In this document: piece after piece, positions 25,146-37,650 of the stretch
Numbering within the stretch: the first letter of the stretch is position 1
How the letters are laid out: every line of letters starts with the position of its first letter
DNA from: Guillardia theta CCMP2712
Taxonomy: Eukaryota > Protista > Cryptophyta
NCBI RefSeq assembly: GCF_000315625.1
Contig: NW_005434657.1
Location: 846,130 to 910,129, forward strand
Direction: 5' to 3'
Length of the DNA stretch: 64,000 nt
Translations under genes and position numbers: made by a program
The notes under the pieces: model-generated
Database searches by the model: none
What the model was told of the DNA's origin: nothing
What the model saw: the letters and a program-made list of their open reading frames with translations, nothing else

Positions 25146-27490
25146 GGTTCCCGCTGTACTTTGAAAGAAAGATACTCAAACTCAAGGTATGCCCGTCTTG
25201 GCGCCTTCAGAGAATGTGCAGAGAATGTGCTGCGTCTTACAGTCTTCCAGCAATAAACTATGCAATACCAATGGATGCCTGATGCAACGTGCAACAATCG
25301 GACAGCACTGAGTTCAACTACCTTGTTTCACTCAGTCAGCTTTCCCTAGTTTCAAGCATCTCAAAGTTACCAGGATGTGAAAAGAGGGTTCACGAGCAGA
25401 TAATTACGGCTGCATGGAGTTCCAGGAAGAATTCTCCGCTGGCCTACACGTTACAAGCTCAGAACGGACACAATTCCTTGCTGGGATCTAAATCATTGTG
25501 TGTTTCCAACCAAAACCAAACAGCGAGTGAACTATGAATTTTCAAGCTGAACCAGCAAATCCTATACGTAGTCTAGCTCTGAGTCTTACGGTTGAGTTTT
25601 CACTTCAGAAGTCACATTCACCAGACAATCGAAAGAAGTAGAGCAGCTAAAATCCTCAGCTTTCTTTCTTTTTTGGACAACACCCACTCACAACCACCAA
25701 CGAGATGCCGAAACGAAATGAAAGAAGGAAACAAAGATGATGATGAAACATCAACATAATACATCAAGAAAATCTCAGCAGCATGCAAGAGAGGCTTTGA
25801 GGGAGAGCAAAAGCTCATGTTGCAATCTCTTCAACTAGCGCGATGGCCTTCACGAGATGGGGCTGGAGGGACACAACAGGCATCAGAGGAGAGGAAAATG
25901 GATATGCATCTTGCAAGGGTGAAGAGATGAAGAGGAGGAGGGGGAGATAACAGGAAGGAAAGAGCCATAGCCGCGTCTCCTCCCGCCTCCCCTCCCTGCC
26001 GCCGACATCCGCGTCCCTGCAATACCCTCATGACTCACACCACCCCACCCCCTAAAATCATCTCACTGTGATCCCACCCACCCACCACCCCACCCCTTCT
26101 CCTCCTTCATGAGTGTTGTATATGACCCCCACCTCCAAAGTAATCCTACTTGGATAAGCACGAGGATTATACATGGACCCCTCCAGTACATACCCTACCC
26201 CCATTTCTGATATTCAACCCCTCCAATTACCTGGAATATACCCCACCTTTTGAAATATCATTCTCACCCTACCCTATTTTTGGAGTCCTGATCGTACAAG
26301 TACCCACCTCATTGATATCCAATCCATCGAAGTACCCCACATTTCCCCACAATTCTTGTACCCTACCCCCATTCAAAATTGTGGTCGCCCGATTTCGAAG
26401 GTCAATATATTACCCAAAATAGGGTAATAGATGGGGTGGTCCACCCCATCCCCGCAGCTTCCTCCACCCACCCCACTCTTATCTCAAGGATTGACCACCC
26501 CACACCACCATCCCCAATACTACGACCGGTACCGTATCCCCGGTTACATCAACCCACCACCCCCTCTAATGCTTTCCTCACCCAGTTTTTTCCTCTGCTT
26601 GGAGAAGGTGGGGTAGGCCAGTGCACGAGGGTACTACCCCTACCCTACCCCCACATTTCCCCCTTCATCGTGCCCCACTACCCCCAACCCCACCCTCACA
26701 TTGTAAATCAAGTCCGCCTCAGCGTTTGGGCCATAGCGCAAAATGCACTGTGAACTAGGAGGTAGTAGGAAAGTGAAGCGCCCAAAAGAAGCGCGCGAGG
26801 CTGCAGAAACAAGGTCAGGAGCAGAGCATGCAGTCAACACGACCTAATGTTGGAAGCTCTCCGAGGCTCTAGGAGGACACTGCATCTGCGAGCGCGGGCA
26901 GCAGCGGTTCAATGTTCACATGACATCCCATTTTAGCATCTTGGACGGACAGAGGACGTATGAAGGAAAGAATGTTTCAGCATGCGATGTCTTGATCGAT
27001 CTCCGTGGATCTTTGATGCTGCTGACTCCGGCTTCAACTGGCATTCTGCGGCTGGCGTATGAGGGAATCGTACTAGACGATCGCATTGGAGGACGAGGGC
27101 CTTTGGACATTGATGTACTCTTTCGATGATCGGTTGTCGCTCACATATGACGACGTAACCCACTGTTCACGTCGTTGGGTTGGGTTGTATACAATTTCAC
27201 CAGGGAGGTGAAGTGAACTGCAAAGTCGCCGATTCATAGCTGGACGAAGATAAAGTGTGGTGGAGGGGCTGGGGAGGAAGGGCGGGACAGTGATGATCTA
27301 GTGGAAGAGGAAGACAGACCCTCTATGAGATGTCGTCATTACAATCTGCTATGGACATGATCTCGCTGTCACCTCAGAGGGGAGGTCTATTTAGAGGAGC
27401 CTGAGGAGGGCGACAAGGGTACCGATTAAGTCTTTATGATCTTACAACGATGACAGCAGCGTCATCAACAAGAATAAATGAAAGAGTTGG

Positions 27491-28781
27491 TCATTGCACG
27501 ACACACTCGCATGAGCAGTGCTCATCGTTCACCTCGTCCATCGTACGAGCTCCGCTCAGTATCTGCTCACGTCGGGTCACTGATGAGTAACAAACATTAC
27601 CACCCCACCTTCTGCTTCGCAGCTGCAAACTCCTCGTCGTTGAGCTTGCCCTCGTCGTGCAGTTTGCACAGCTCGTTGATCGTCCAGATCACCTGGGATG
27701 AGGGATGACGGGAGTGAAGACAACCGCTGCAGGCTCTCACGTTGCAACTCCGCTTCGTTTCGGCATGGACCGAGTTCTTGCAGATGGTTTCTTGGACGGG
27801 AGCGACAGCTGTGTTCTATGGAAGCAACCGTTAGCACAAGCGAGAGGAAGGAGGACAAGAGGAAGCCAGGAAGATGAAGGAGAACGAGAGACATGGGAAT
27901 GCACATACTCCTTGAGCTTCGTCCGTCCTGTTGGCCATGAAAAATCAGACCACAATTTCATCATAACTAGTTATGAATGCTGAAAACTTACATCAGATGA
28001 TTGCTGCCTGCGTCTTCTTCCTGATCTGACGGTGGAACCTTGCGAGAGGGTAAGAACACATCTCCTCCTCCTCCTCCTCCTCCCCCTTGCATTGCTTCTG
28101 CCTCCCTATCCGATACTAGCTCCTCCTCCCCTCCTTGCCCCTCCTCAACCTCCTGCTCCTCCTGCTCCTGCTGCTCTTACGTTGCATTCTTCACGCACAC
28201 TGTCTGCAAGGATCCACACTCCCCATGGCTCGCTGATCTGGAACTTCTTCCCGGCTCCTCCACGCCATGCTCCATCCACCAGCCCTTCCCGCTCCTCCCA
28301 GTCGCCCCGCACGTCATGGCTAGTGCGTGATCTGACAGCAAGTCAGAAAAGCTTGAGAGCAGCAGGCACGCCCACATCTCTTGGGAACGCTCGTTCTCCT
28401 CCTCCTCCTCTCGGAGCGCAGCTCCTGTGGATCTGCATGCACGGTGTCAGGGGCAGGAGCAAGAGGAGCCGGCATGCCGCTACCCCTGCAGCGAGAGGTG
28501 GGAAGACTCGAGCAAGGATCGCTCGATGAGGGAGGAGTTGATGATGTCGTACATGTTGCGCTCCTTACAGGCATCGCAGTGAAAGGAGGGCTGCGGTAGC
28601 ATCAGCCATATCGTTTCCTGCCATCGCCACCGACCTGATGCGACTTATCGTAGCACAGGCAACATGCAGGCGCTGCTGCTGCTCCATGAGTCGTTGGAGC
28701 CCGCAGGGCCTCGCAGAAGTTGGAGCAGTGCATGCACTCTCCTTCATTCACCTCCACCGCGATCTCATCCTCGTCTGCCAT
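27491..28781 (-). CDS. Hypothetical protein with an N-terminal Cys cluster and a C-terminal SHOCT-like domain
   Basis: Spliced reading: MADEDE…CMHCSNFC…CCLC…HCDAC…; near the end, INELCKLHDEGKLNDEEFAAAKQK matches the SHOCT pattern. Confidence 0.6.
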
Positions 28782-29342
28782 GGCCGTCAGAGGATGGGGT
28801 GGACGCACGGACCCTCACTCGCGCTACCTGCATGCAGCAGCGGAGCCGCCAGTCCTTCGTTGACGGGCATGTCTTCAGTCCTCTGCACGCGACATGTCAA
28901 GTGTCCTCCATGCCCCCTCTCCTCTGAGATGTGCTCTTGGTTCTTTGCCCCCTCATCCTTTTCCTCCCTCCTGCTGCTCCTTCCCCATACCATCTTTCTA
29001 CCCATCCCCATCGTCCTTCTCCTCCACCACATCCACACCTTCCCATCCCTTGCTCCTACATGCCCTCCCTTTCTCGCTCCCTCTCCCCTCCTCTTCCCGT
29101 CCTCCCCTGGCTCCCTCCCTTGCATTGCGCCTCCTGCGAGAAATAGAATTAGGATCCTAGGGAGTTTTCCCGTCCCGCCCCCACGCTGCTGCCGCTACCG
29201 CCGTCTCCTCCTCCTTCCTGTTGCACTCACACGAACCCTCCTTGCTCTCTACCGTGTCCTCTCCCTCTCTCTGAGCCTGCTTCCCCGCCCCCCCCCCCTC
29301 CCCTTGTCCCCCTTCACCTCTCCTCTCTTAGTCGCGCTCAGC

Positions 29343-29892
29343 ATGAGGTACCTACGGGAGTGGACTATCCTCCTCTTCCTCTCCTCCTCCTTCGTCTGCT
29401 CTTCCCACGTCAACTTGATGAAGGCCGGCATGATGAGGCAGACGGCGAGGCTGCGAGGAGGGATGGTGATCCATAGTGTCAAGTCAGCCCGTCACTCACT
29501 CGCCATGGCAGCAGCAGCAAGCCGACTTCATGCGCGAGATGATGGAGGCGATGCACAGATCGATCGATGGTGCGTGAGCGTCTCAGGCGCTATGGCAACC
29601 TGACAGCAGCATGCCGGGACAGGTGACGGCGACGAGATGGATCGCAAGAGAGCGGAATGCAACACGGTGCAGGACGTGGAGAGCATGCTTCCTCCCCGCT
29701 ACTGGGCAGGAGGGTCCGGGCACTTCCCGCACAAGAACCAGTCGTTCAGAGAGATTGCCAAGTGGACCAAGAAGCAAGACAGGTTGACGAGAGGAGCAGA
29801 GAGCGAGCGAGGAGAGAGGAGCGAGGAACCGAGGAGGGAGAGAAGAGAAGAGGTGGTTGGGAGAAGGAGAAGGAGAAGGAGGGGGAAGATGG

Positions 29893-29955
<63 letters not shown>

Positions 29956-32014
29956 TCAAGAGGGGGAGGAGGTAGGAGACGATTTAAAAGCTTGTCAGAT
30001 TGGCGCCTCTGTATCCTGGGGATCGAGTGCTGGTGGTACCAGAGGACAGCAAGAAGTCAGCGTACATGGCGACGGTGACAGATCTCAAGACGCTCCTCTC
30101 GGAGCACGTGCCGAGCGATCCCTGTGCTGGCAGGAAAGAAGCTGTTGAGGGAGGAGGGAGGAGGGGANNNNNNNNNNNNNNNNNNNNNNNNNNNNNNNNN
30201 NNNNNNNNNNNNNNNNNNNNNNNNNNNNNNNNNNNNNNNNNNNNNNNNNNNNNNNNNNNNNNNNNNNNNNNNNNNNNNNNNNNNNNNNNNNNNNNNNNNN
30301 NNNNNNNNNNNNNNNNNNNNNNNNNNNNNNNNNNNNNNNNNNNNNNNNNNNNNNNNNNNNNNNNNNNNNNNNNNNNNNNNNNNNNNNNNNNNNNNNNNNN
30401 NNNNNNNNNNNNNNNNNNNNNNNNNNNNNNNNNNNNNNNNNNNNNNNNNNNNNNNNNNNNNNNNNNNNNNNNNNNNNNNNNNNNNNNNNNNNNNNNNNNN
30501 NNNNNNNNNNNNNNNNNNNNNNNNNNNNNNNNNNNNNNNNNNNNNNNNNNNNNNNNNNNNNNNNNNNNNNNNNNNNNNNNNNNNNNNNNNNNNNNNNNNN
30601 NNNNNNNNNNNNNNNNNNNNNNNNNNNNNNNNNNNNNNNNNNNNNNNNNNNNNNNNNNNNNNNNNNNNNNNNNNNNNNNNNNNNNNNNNNNGGGAACACA
30701 CCTTTTTTCAAACCCTTTTTCTTGTGCACACTCGTACAAGAGAGAAGTGTGTCGTCGTAGACATGTACACAGTGCCTCGGTGCTGAGATCCCGTGCCTTA
30801 AGCCCTGCTCCGGGAATTCCTGGAGAAGTCCGTGCACAGTCCCATAGGGAACGCAAAGCATAGGAAGTTCCAAGTTCGATTACCCATCCCCACGTTCTGG
30901 TATGTCGGACCTCAGCTCGCCTACAAGTCTCTTCCTACGGAGGCAAGGGCGGATTACCTTCCTTCAAAAATTTCGAGGACGGCAGTGTACGGGAGTTTGA
31001 GGAACTCGTCTGGTGGGTTGGGTTCCACTTCGACCGAGTGATCACGAGGGTCTCCTTCTATCTCCTCGTTCCTGCCTAACTACATAGAGGAGAGGCACCT
31101 GCAGGAGGTAAAGCTGTCAATCGAGAGACACCTCCGCATCTCCGTCAGCAACCTGGCGAGACAAACCAAAGAGTACAAACCTCAGGAGTTGTCTCAACAT
31201 GTTCTAGCAATGGAGGCCATCGACTGGCTCTGTCGCGGTTGCAACGCCATCAGATCGGAGAACTTCCATCGCAGCTACCCGTTCTTCGACATGCTCATCC
31301 CAACTCCCGTCAAACGCTTTTGCATCTTCCCCACCGCTCTGAGTGGGATCAAGACTTTGACCTCTACAGCAGAAGATGAAAAACTTCCGCCGCAGAGTTG
31401 GAGGATTTCTTGTGAGATGATGCTTGTGTCAAATCTTGTGCTTTCGCAGGGAATGAACATGGGAGGAGAGGGGCAGGGGGAGGGAAACGGGGACGGGGAG
31501 GAGGCGGTTGGGAGTAGAGGAAGGGAGTCTGAGGGCAGATGTAGGACAAGAAATCTCAGCGACCTGTGGACCTGACGGATGAGGAAGAGATCTTGAAGCT
31601 GCTCAACGAGACGACGAAGAAGTGACAAACTATCTTCTTTCCTCCCTCCTTCTCACCCTTTCTTGCAGAGATCAAGTCAAGAAGGTAGAGGATAACCCCT
31701 TCCTCCTCCCCTCCTCCCTCCCCTCCCTCCCCTCCCTCCCCTCCTCCGTCCTCTCTTCCCATTTCCTCGTCATGTTCCTCCTTCCAGTTTCCAGCTTCTT
31801 TCTTCTTTGATGTTTCTACCTCCTCCTCCTCGGATCCCCTCCCTCTTTCCCTGCTTGATCCTCCCCCCTCACGCGGCATGGCTGCTTCCTCTCCTCTCCT
31901 CCCTCCTCACCTCAGCGCTCACTGCCTACACCATCGCAGACGTTGGAGATTCAGCAGGAGATGAGAAATCTGATGCAGCAAGCGGAGCTTTTACTGTCGT
32001 CAAAGCTTTCCTAG
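29343..32014 (+). CDS. Signal-peptide protein with an RLRGG motif, unknown function (spans an assembly gap)
   Basis: MRYLREWTILLFLSSSFVCSS…ARLRGG. Spliced exons continue across the gap to …QAELLLSSKLS* (TAG 32012-32014). Continuity across the gap is assumed. Confidence 0.55.
30168..30691. other. Assembly gap
   Basis: Run of N. Confidence 1.
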
Positions 32015-35000
32015 AGGGTCTCCTCCTCCTCCTCCTCCTCCTCCTCCTCTTCTATTCGTCTCCCCTTGCTCCCCCGTCTTCGAGCTTTCTCCAGCGCCTC
32101 CTACTCTAATGTCAGCAAGCACAACATACCTCTCCCCTTCCTGCAACCTTTCTTTCACTATCCCCTACCCCCATCTACTCCCTGAATCCTCTGCTCCTCG
32201 CCCCCTCCCCTCTCCCCTCCTCCTCCTCCTCCTCCCTGCCTCCTTCCGCTCACCTCTAGCTGCCTGATCTTCCCAGTGTAGAATCGCTTCAGCGCATTCT
32301 CCCGCGTCTTGTCGGACGGCGAGACGAGGAAATTTCCCTCCTCCCCCCTCCTCCTCATCACAACCGTATAGCTCCCGCAGACAACCCTCACCTCCCCAGT
32401 CCTCCCTCCTTCTCTCGACGTCTCTGCATCCCCTCCTCTTCCCCTCCCTCCTGGCTCGACATCGTGCTGCGCGTGCTGGTCTAGCGTCGAGGCAAGCAGA
32501 GGCTCCACAGCAGGGGAGGGGGAGGGAAGGAAATGATTGTCCTGCGAATACTCAGAGACAGTTGGGAGAAGAGGAAGAAGAGGAGAGGAGAGGAGAAGGG
32601 GGGGGGAGGAAGATAGAAAGCAGAAGGGAGGGAGGGAGGAAGGGAGGGGAGGGAGAGGAGGAGGAGGAGGAAATACGTCGTTCAGAATCGACGTATCCTC
32701 TGTCAAGCTCCGAAGCAGATCCGGATCAAGTGCCCCCGACATGTCTATCGAGCTGAGGGCAGCCAGCAGGTTGGGATCAACCCCTTCCCCTCGTCCTCCT
32801 CCTCATCCTCCTCCTTCCCCTCCTCCTCTTCGCTCTTCCCTCGTGGAGCCATGCCGTTCTCTTCCAGTGGGTCCCACTTGATCTCACCGTCCTCTCCAAA
32901 GAAGAGCAGCCCCTCCCCCTCCCCCTCCTCTCTCTTCCCTCCCTCTCCTCCTTCCTCCTTGTGCCCTCCCTGCCCTCCTGCAGTCACTCCTGCAGATTCT
33001 CGGGTTACAGCCCCAGCGGATGCGAAGTCATCGAGGAAGAAGAAGAGAGGGGAGGGAGAGTCGTCGTCCGAGGTCTGGGGCAGCGAGTTCAACATGTAGA
33101 AAAAGAGGGGAGGAGAGAGGAGGGGAGGAGAGAGGAGGGGGAGATGATGGGGGGAGGAGAGGAGAGAGGAGAGGAGAGGAGGGGGAAGTAGAGAGGAGAG
33201 GAGAGAGGAGGGGAGAAGAGGAGAGCAGGGGAGGGGAGAGGGGAGAGGGGAGGAGAGGGGAGGATAGGGGAGGAGGGGCAGGAGAGAGGAAGGAGGGAAG
33301 AGGAGGTCACCTTGGGTACGATGGCATTCTTCACTGTGTTTGTGAAAGTTCTCAGGTCCTCGTCTGTCTCCTTCAGCTTTTCTTCCTCTCTCTGCACCTC
33401 GTCGATCGCCTTTCCGCTCACAGCAGCTGGGGTCTGGCTGGGGTTGACCTGCAGGTCGCTGCCAAAAGATACTTACAAGGGGGAGAAAAGAGAAGGGGAG
33501 AAGTGAGGACCTGTGATGATCCTGTGAAGTCTTGGATGTTGGAGCTTTCAAGCATGCCGTATTGACATTCTCTTTCTGCAGCCGCTCACACCTCGCCTCG
33601 AGCTCTGAGCAACTTGAAGATGGGAACACACGTCAGAACAAGACCACGATGGGCAAAGGAGAGATTCTCACCGAAACTGCATGTCCGCCAGCTGTTTGGT
33701 CAAAGACAGCACCTCACTGCTGTGCTCTTTCCTCCCGCAAGTCTGACTTGTCTCCTCCATCGACGCCCTGCTGGCTTCCGAGGGAATCTTCTGCATGTTG
33801 GGCGAGAGCGACATGTGAAACTTTGTGAAGATGTCGCAGATGTCTGAAGACGACTTCATCATCCTCTCCGACACTTGCTTGCTGGGTTGCAGGCCTGACG
33901 CAGGGACATTGACATCAGAGGAGGCAAAGACAACAAGAGCAAGAAACCTGCCAGCCGATCGTAGTCATTCTTGTTCTCTAATGAATGAACAAACTCCACG
34001 AGCAATACAACCAAGTCCCCGACATTCTCCACCGCCTCCCGCACAATCATTGTCAGAAACTCCAACCTGTTGCTCCTCTCCCCGCCATTCAACTTGTTCT
34101 GCAGGCTTTCAGCTGCCTTAACGAGACCCTGCAGACTCCTCTCGAGCCTCCCATTGGCTGCAGCCACATCCTCTCTCCTCTTCCCCTCCTCTCCCAGGCA
34201 AACTCGTGCAAGAAACTCATTGTCAGCTCGCAGCAGTGAAGTCCAGTCACCGCCCAGTCGCAGGAAACAAGTCAGAAGGGCGTCCACAGCCTCGAAGAAC
34301 TTGTCGTAGACAACCTCCTCCGCGATCGTCGCAAGGGATGCAGTTTGACTGATGCTTGCAACGGGGATGATCATCCTCTTTGACGTGGGCTTCTCGCGCA
34401 TGAACGACCTCAAAGACGCTGAGGACGTGTGAAGCGACTTCAATGCATTCTGTGCGTTTGCGAACGATCGTGACAGACTTTGAGCCGTGTGCTGGATGTC
34501 TTTTCTCTCTGTTGACAACTTGAGCAGCAGCTCGCATGCGGCGAGTTGGTGAACGTTGAAGATTGTGACTACCTGCCTGGTTGTCGGAACCATCAGGTCA
34601 AAGAAACCCAGCAGCTCGCTTCTCGATAGACCATTCTCGCTGACAGAACTTTGACTGGTGCTCGAGTTGTTCTCAATCGGTTCGAACAGCGCCTTCTTCG
34701 CCATCAGCTGACTTCGGGTGCTGATGTGAAACAGACTGTCTGCTATGCTCGCGGTCGCACCCTCCAGTTGCGAGAGGATCCTGTCCAGACTATCTCTCTT
34801 GATCCCTTGTAAGTCTTCCTGCACCTCCTCTACCTTGTGCAGACCATGGCTCCCATCGGACTGCAGGAGCTCGAGCTGCGTCTCGAGCTCATGCAGCAGC
34901 TCCTGTACGTCTCGTTGCTCAGCGATCACATGGCTGCCAGAGGCGCGCTGCTCTCCTCTCCTCTTCACCAGGATCTCCAGATGACGCCTCCATTCTTCTC

Positions 35001-35163
35001 TCTCGCTCTCAAGCTTCGTCCGCTTCCTCTGCTCTTGCAGGACAGCTCGTTTTAGAAGGTCGTTATCACTTCTGTCATGCAGGTCAAACCAACAGGATCA
35101 CGGGCACTGGGCTGACCTCAACTTGTCGAGGACGGTCTTCGAAGCCTCTTCTGCTTGACCCAT
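32011..35163 (-). CDS. Coiled-coil hypothetical protein
   Basis: ATG at 35163, a 369-aa helical exon (33859-34968) and further exons. The last exon reads [29 protein letters not shown]. Confidence 0.65.
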
Positions 35164-35337
35164 CTTCAGCTCCTACTCTCCTCCTCCCTCATTTTCCTTC
35201 TCCTGCTAAAAGTTGCTGCTCAGTTGTGCTTCACATGAGGCCCTTCATCGCGCTCCTCTACCTCCTGCTTTAATCTCTTCTTGTTCCCCCCGCCCCCGCC
35301 CCTGACCCTGACCCTGTTCCTGCTAAAAGTTGCTGCT

Positions 35338-35418
35338 GCTCCTGCCCCTGCCCCTGCCCCTGCCCCTGCCCCTGCTCCTTCTCCTTCTCCTGCTCCTGCT
35401 CCTGTCCCTGTCCCTGTC

Positions 35419-35481
<63 letters not shown>

Positions 35482-35545
35482 CCTTACCCTCCTGCTGCTC
35501 CTGCTGCTCCTGCTCCTCCTGCTGCTTACCCTCCTGCTCCTGCTC
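35338..35545. repeat. (GCTCCT/GCCCCT)n hexamer repeat
   Basis: Tandem repeat read directly. Confidence 0.93.
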
Positions 35546-35663
35546 TTCATCGTTCCCATCTCCTTTGTCTCGCATAGCTGTTCCGTGCTACCTTGGCATT
35601 ACGAACTTCGTACCTGAAAACCATTGACTAAAATCGGTCAGTAGCGGGGAGAGTTCCGTCCCC

Positions 35664-35797
35664 ATGCCGACGCGGGATTCGGCTCCGTCCTCCCGCTTTT
35701 CCTCCTCCGCGTCCTCCTCTCCTTCCCCACCCTCCTGCTCGTCACTTGCTGCCTCTCCCTCCTCTTCGTCTCCCACGTCACCCTCGTCCTCATCCTC

Positions 35798-35870
<73 letters not shown>

Positions 35871-36253
35871 GCGGTCCTTTCGTCAGAATCTCACTCTCCG
35901 CCTTCCTCTTGTATCTCCTCTCTTTCCTCTCATCTCGACTCCTCCTGGGCTCGAACCGTCTGCATCCTCGTCCTAGTTTGTCTACAGCTCGATGCTTGCT
36001 CAGCAGCTCTTCCTCCCTTCGTGCCGCAAACTTCCTTGCGCCTGACCAGATCCTTGGGCTTCATCGCGCAACAGCCGAGCAACGACAATGGGCAGGTCAA
36101 GAAAGGATCGTATGGGAGGGGGGAGCAGAGCGCGAGCAGGAAGATTTGGAATCAGTGTGTGGCGGGATATCTAGGAGGACTAAGCAAGTTTGTGATCGTC
36201 CATCCTCTCGACACGCTCACTACTTTGCTGGAGGTCTCAAGAAGGTAGGGAAA

Positions 36254-36292
<39 letters not shown>

Positions 36293-36356
36293 GGAGGAGG
36301 AAAAGGTGGGGGAAAGAGAAAGGAGAAGGAAAGCTGGGGAGGGGGGGTGGGCTTGA

Positions 36357-36392
<36 letters not shown>

Positions 36393-37598
36393 AAGGAGGA
36401 GCGGGAGGAGCGGGAGGAGCGGGTAAGGTGGGACAGATCTCCTTACATGTTTTCTCCTTCTCAGAGAGAAGAACTCCCTCAACCTGTTCCAAGTCCTCAG
36501 CCGTCGCATCAAGGAGGAAGGATCGGCCTCTTTGTTCTACGGGCTGAAGACAACGGCTGTCATGGCGCTCCCCTATGCCTTCTTGTTCCACCTGGGTCAA
36601 GGCCTGACTACAGGTTTCTTCTCTCCTCTCTCCTCTCCTCTCCTCTCCTCTCCTCTCCTCTCCTCTCCTCTCCTCTCCTCTCCTCTCCTCTCCTCTCCTC
36701 TCCCTACCCCTTGTTCCCTCCCTTTCTCCCTCTTCCTGTACCCCTCCTCCGCTGAACGCCCTGTAGAACTGGTCGGAGACGAGAGGCTTGTTCGTAAGCT
36801 GCAATGGCTGCCGGGGGCAAGGAGGGTTCTGCAAGACAACTCCTTCATCGACCTTGTCAGCGCTCTCATGGGCAGCACGTTAGCCACGCTCGTCGGGGTA
36901 CCCATGGAGTGCATCAAGCACCGGGTTCAGCTCGGAGGGGGGGTGCTGCACACAGACAAGCGGTTCCTGTCGCTGGAGTACCTGCGCGACATCTACTCGG
37001 GCACTAAGGCGACGCTCTTGAGGCAACGTGCCCTCGATCTCCCCGCCGTCACCAGGCACTGCTGACGTCATCTGGCAGGAACGCCGTCTACAACGTGGTC
37101 CAGTGGACGACTTATCCCATTGCGCTGAAGCTTCTGAGTGGGGAGAGAAGAGGTACCACTTGATGGTTTCGATGAGACGCTGAAGCTGAGCTGGGATAGA
37201 GCTGGGGTCGGTACCGCACTGGAACCAGATGCAAGCAGGCTTCCTCGCTGGCATCGCCACAGCCTTCGCCACTCAGCCATTGGACACGATCAACACGCGC
37301 TTGCAGACGCAGAACCTCAAGATGGTGAGAAATTTCCCGGCTGGCGGCCGGTCACTGACTTGACCCTCTGCTGCAACAGGCCAGCGCTCAGTACGCCGGT
37401 ATCAGGAATTGTGCTATGACCATCATCCGAGAGGAGGTGAAGCTTTCCTCGCCTCGCCTCGCCTCGCTCACTCCTGAGCTTTCACAGGGCGTCTCGGCGT
37501 TATATCGGGGGGTCGTCCCTCGAGCGATGAACTTTGGGATCGGAGCCGCCTGCTTCTTCTTCATGTTTGAGAAGATCAATAAAGCTCTAGCTTCTTGA
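35664..37598 (+). CDS. Mitochondrial carrier family (SLC25) protein with a long N-terminal extension
   Basis: Three Px[D/E]xx[K/R]-type signatures (HPLDTLTT, VPMECIKHRVQ, QPLDTINTRLQ), plus ALYRGVVPRAM…FFMFE. Confidence 0.88.
35799..35870. repeat. (TCA)n microsatellite, encoding poly-Ser in the carrier leader
   Basis: Tandem repeat read directly. Confidence 0.95.
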
Positions 37599-37650
37599 TA
37601 GGCTTCGATGCTCCTGTTGTACTACATTTTGTTACAAGCTATTTACAAAC

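Noticed and set aside
26740-27470. Possible small plus-strand gene
   Set aside because: Short ORFs with intron-like signals, but no coherent model or motif.
29984-30873. Long ORFs spanning N runs (also at 42.3-42.8 kb and 45.3-47.1 kb)
   Set aside because: They are open only because of assembly gaps.
35270-35617. Poly-(AP), poly-L, (QE)n and (RS)n ORFs
   Set aside because: Artefacts of a hexamer repeat in an intergenic region.
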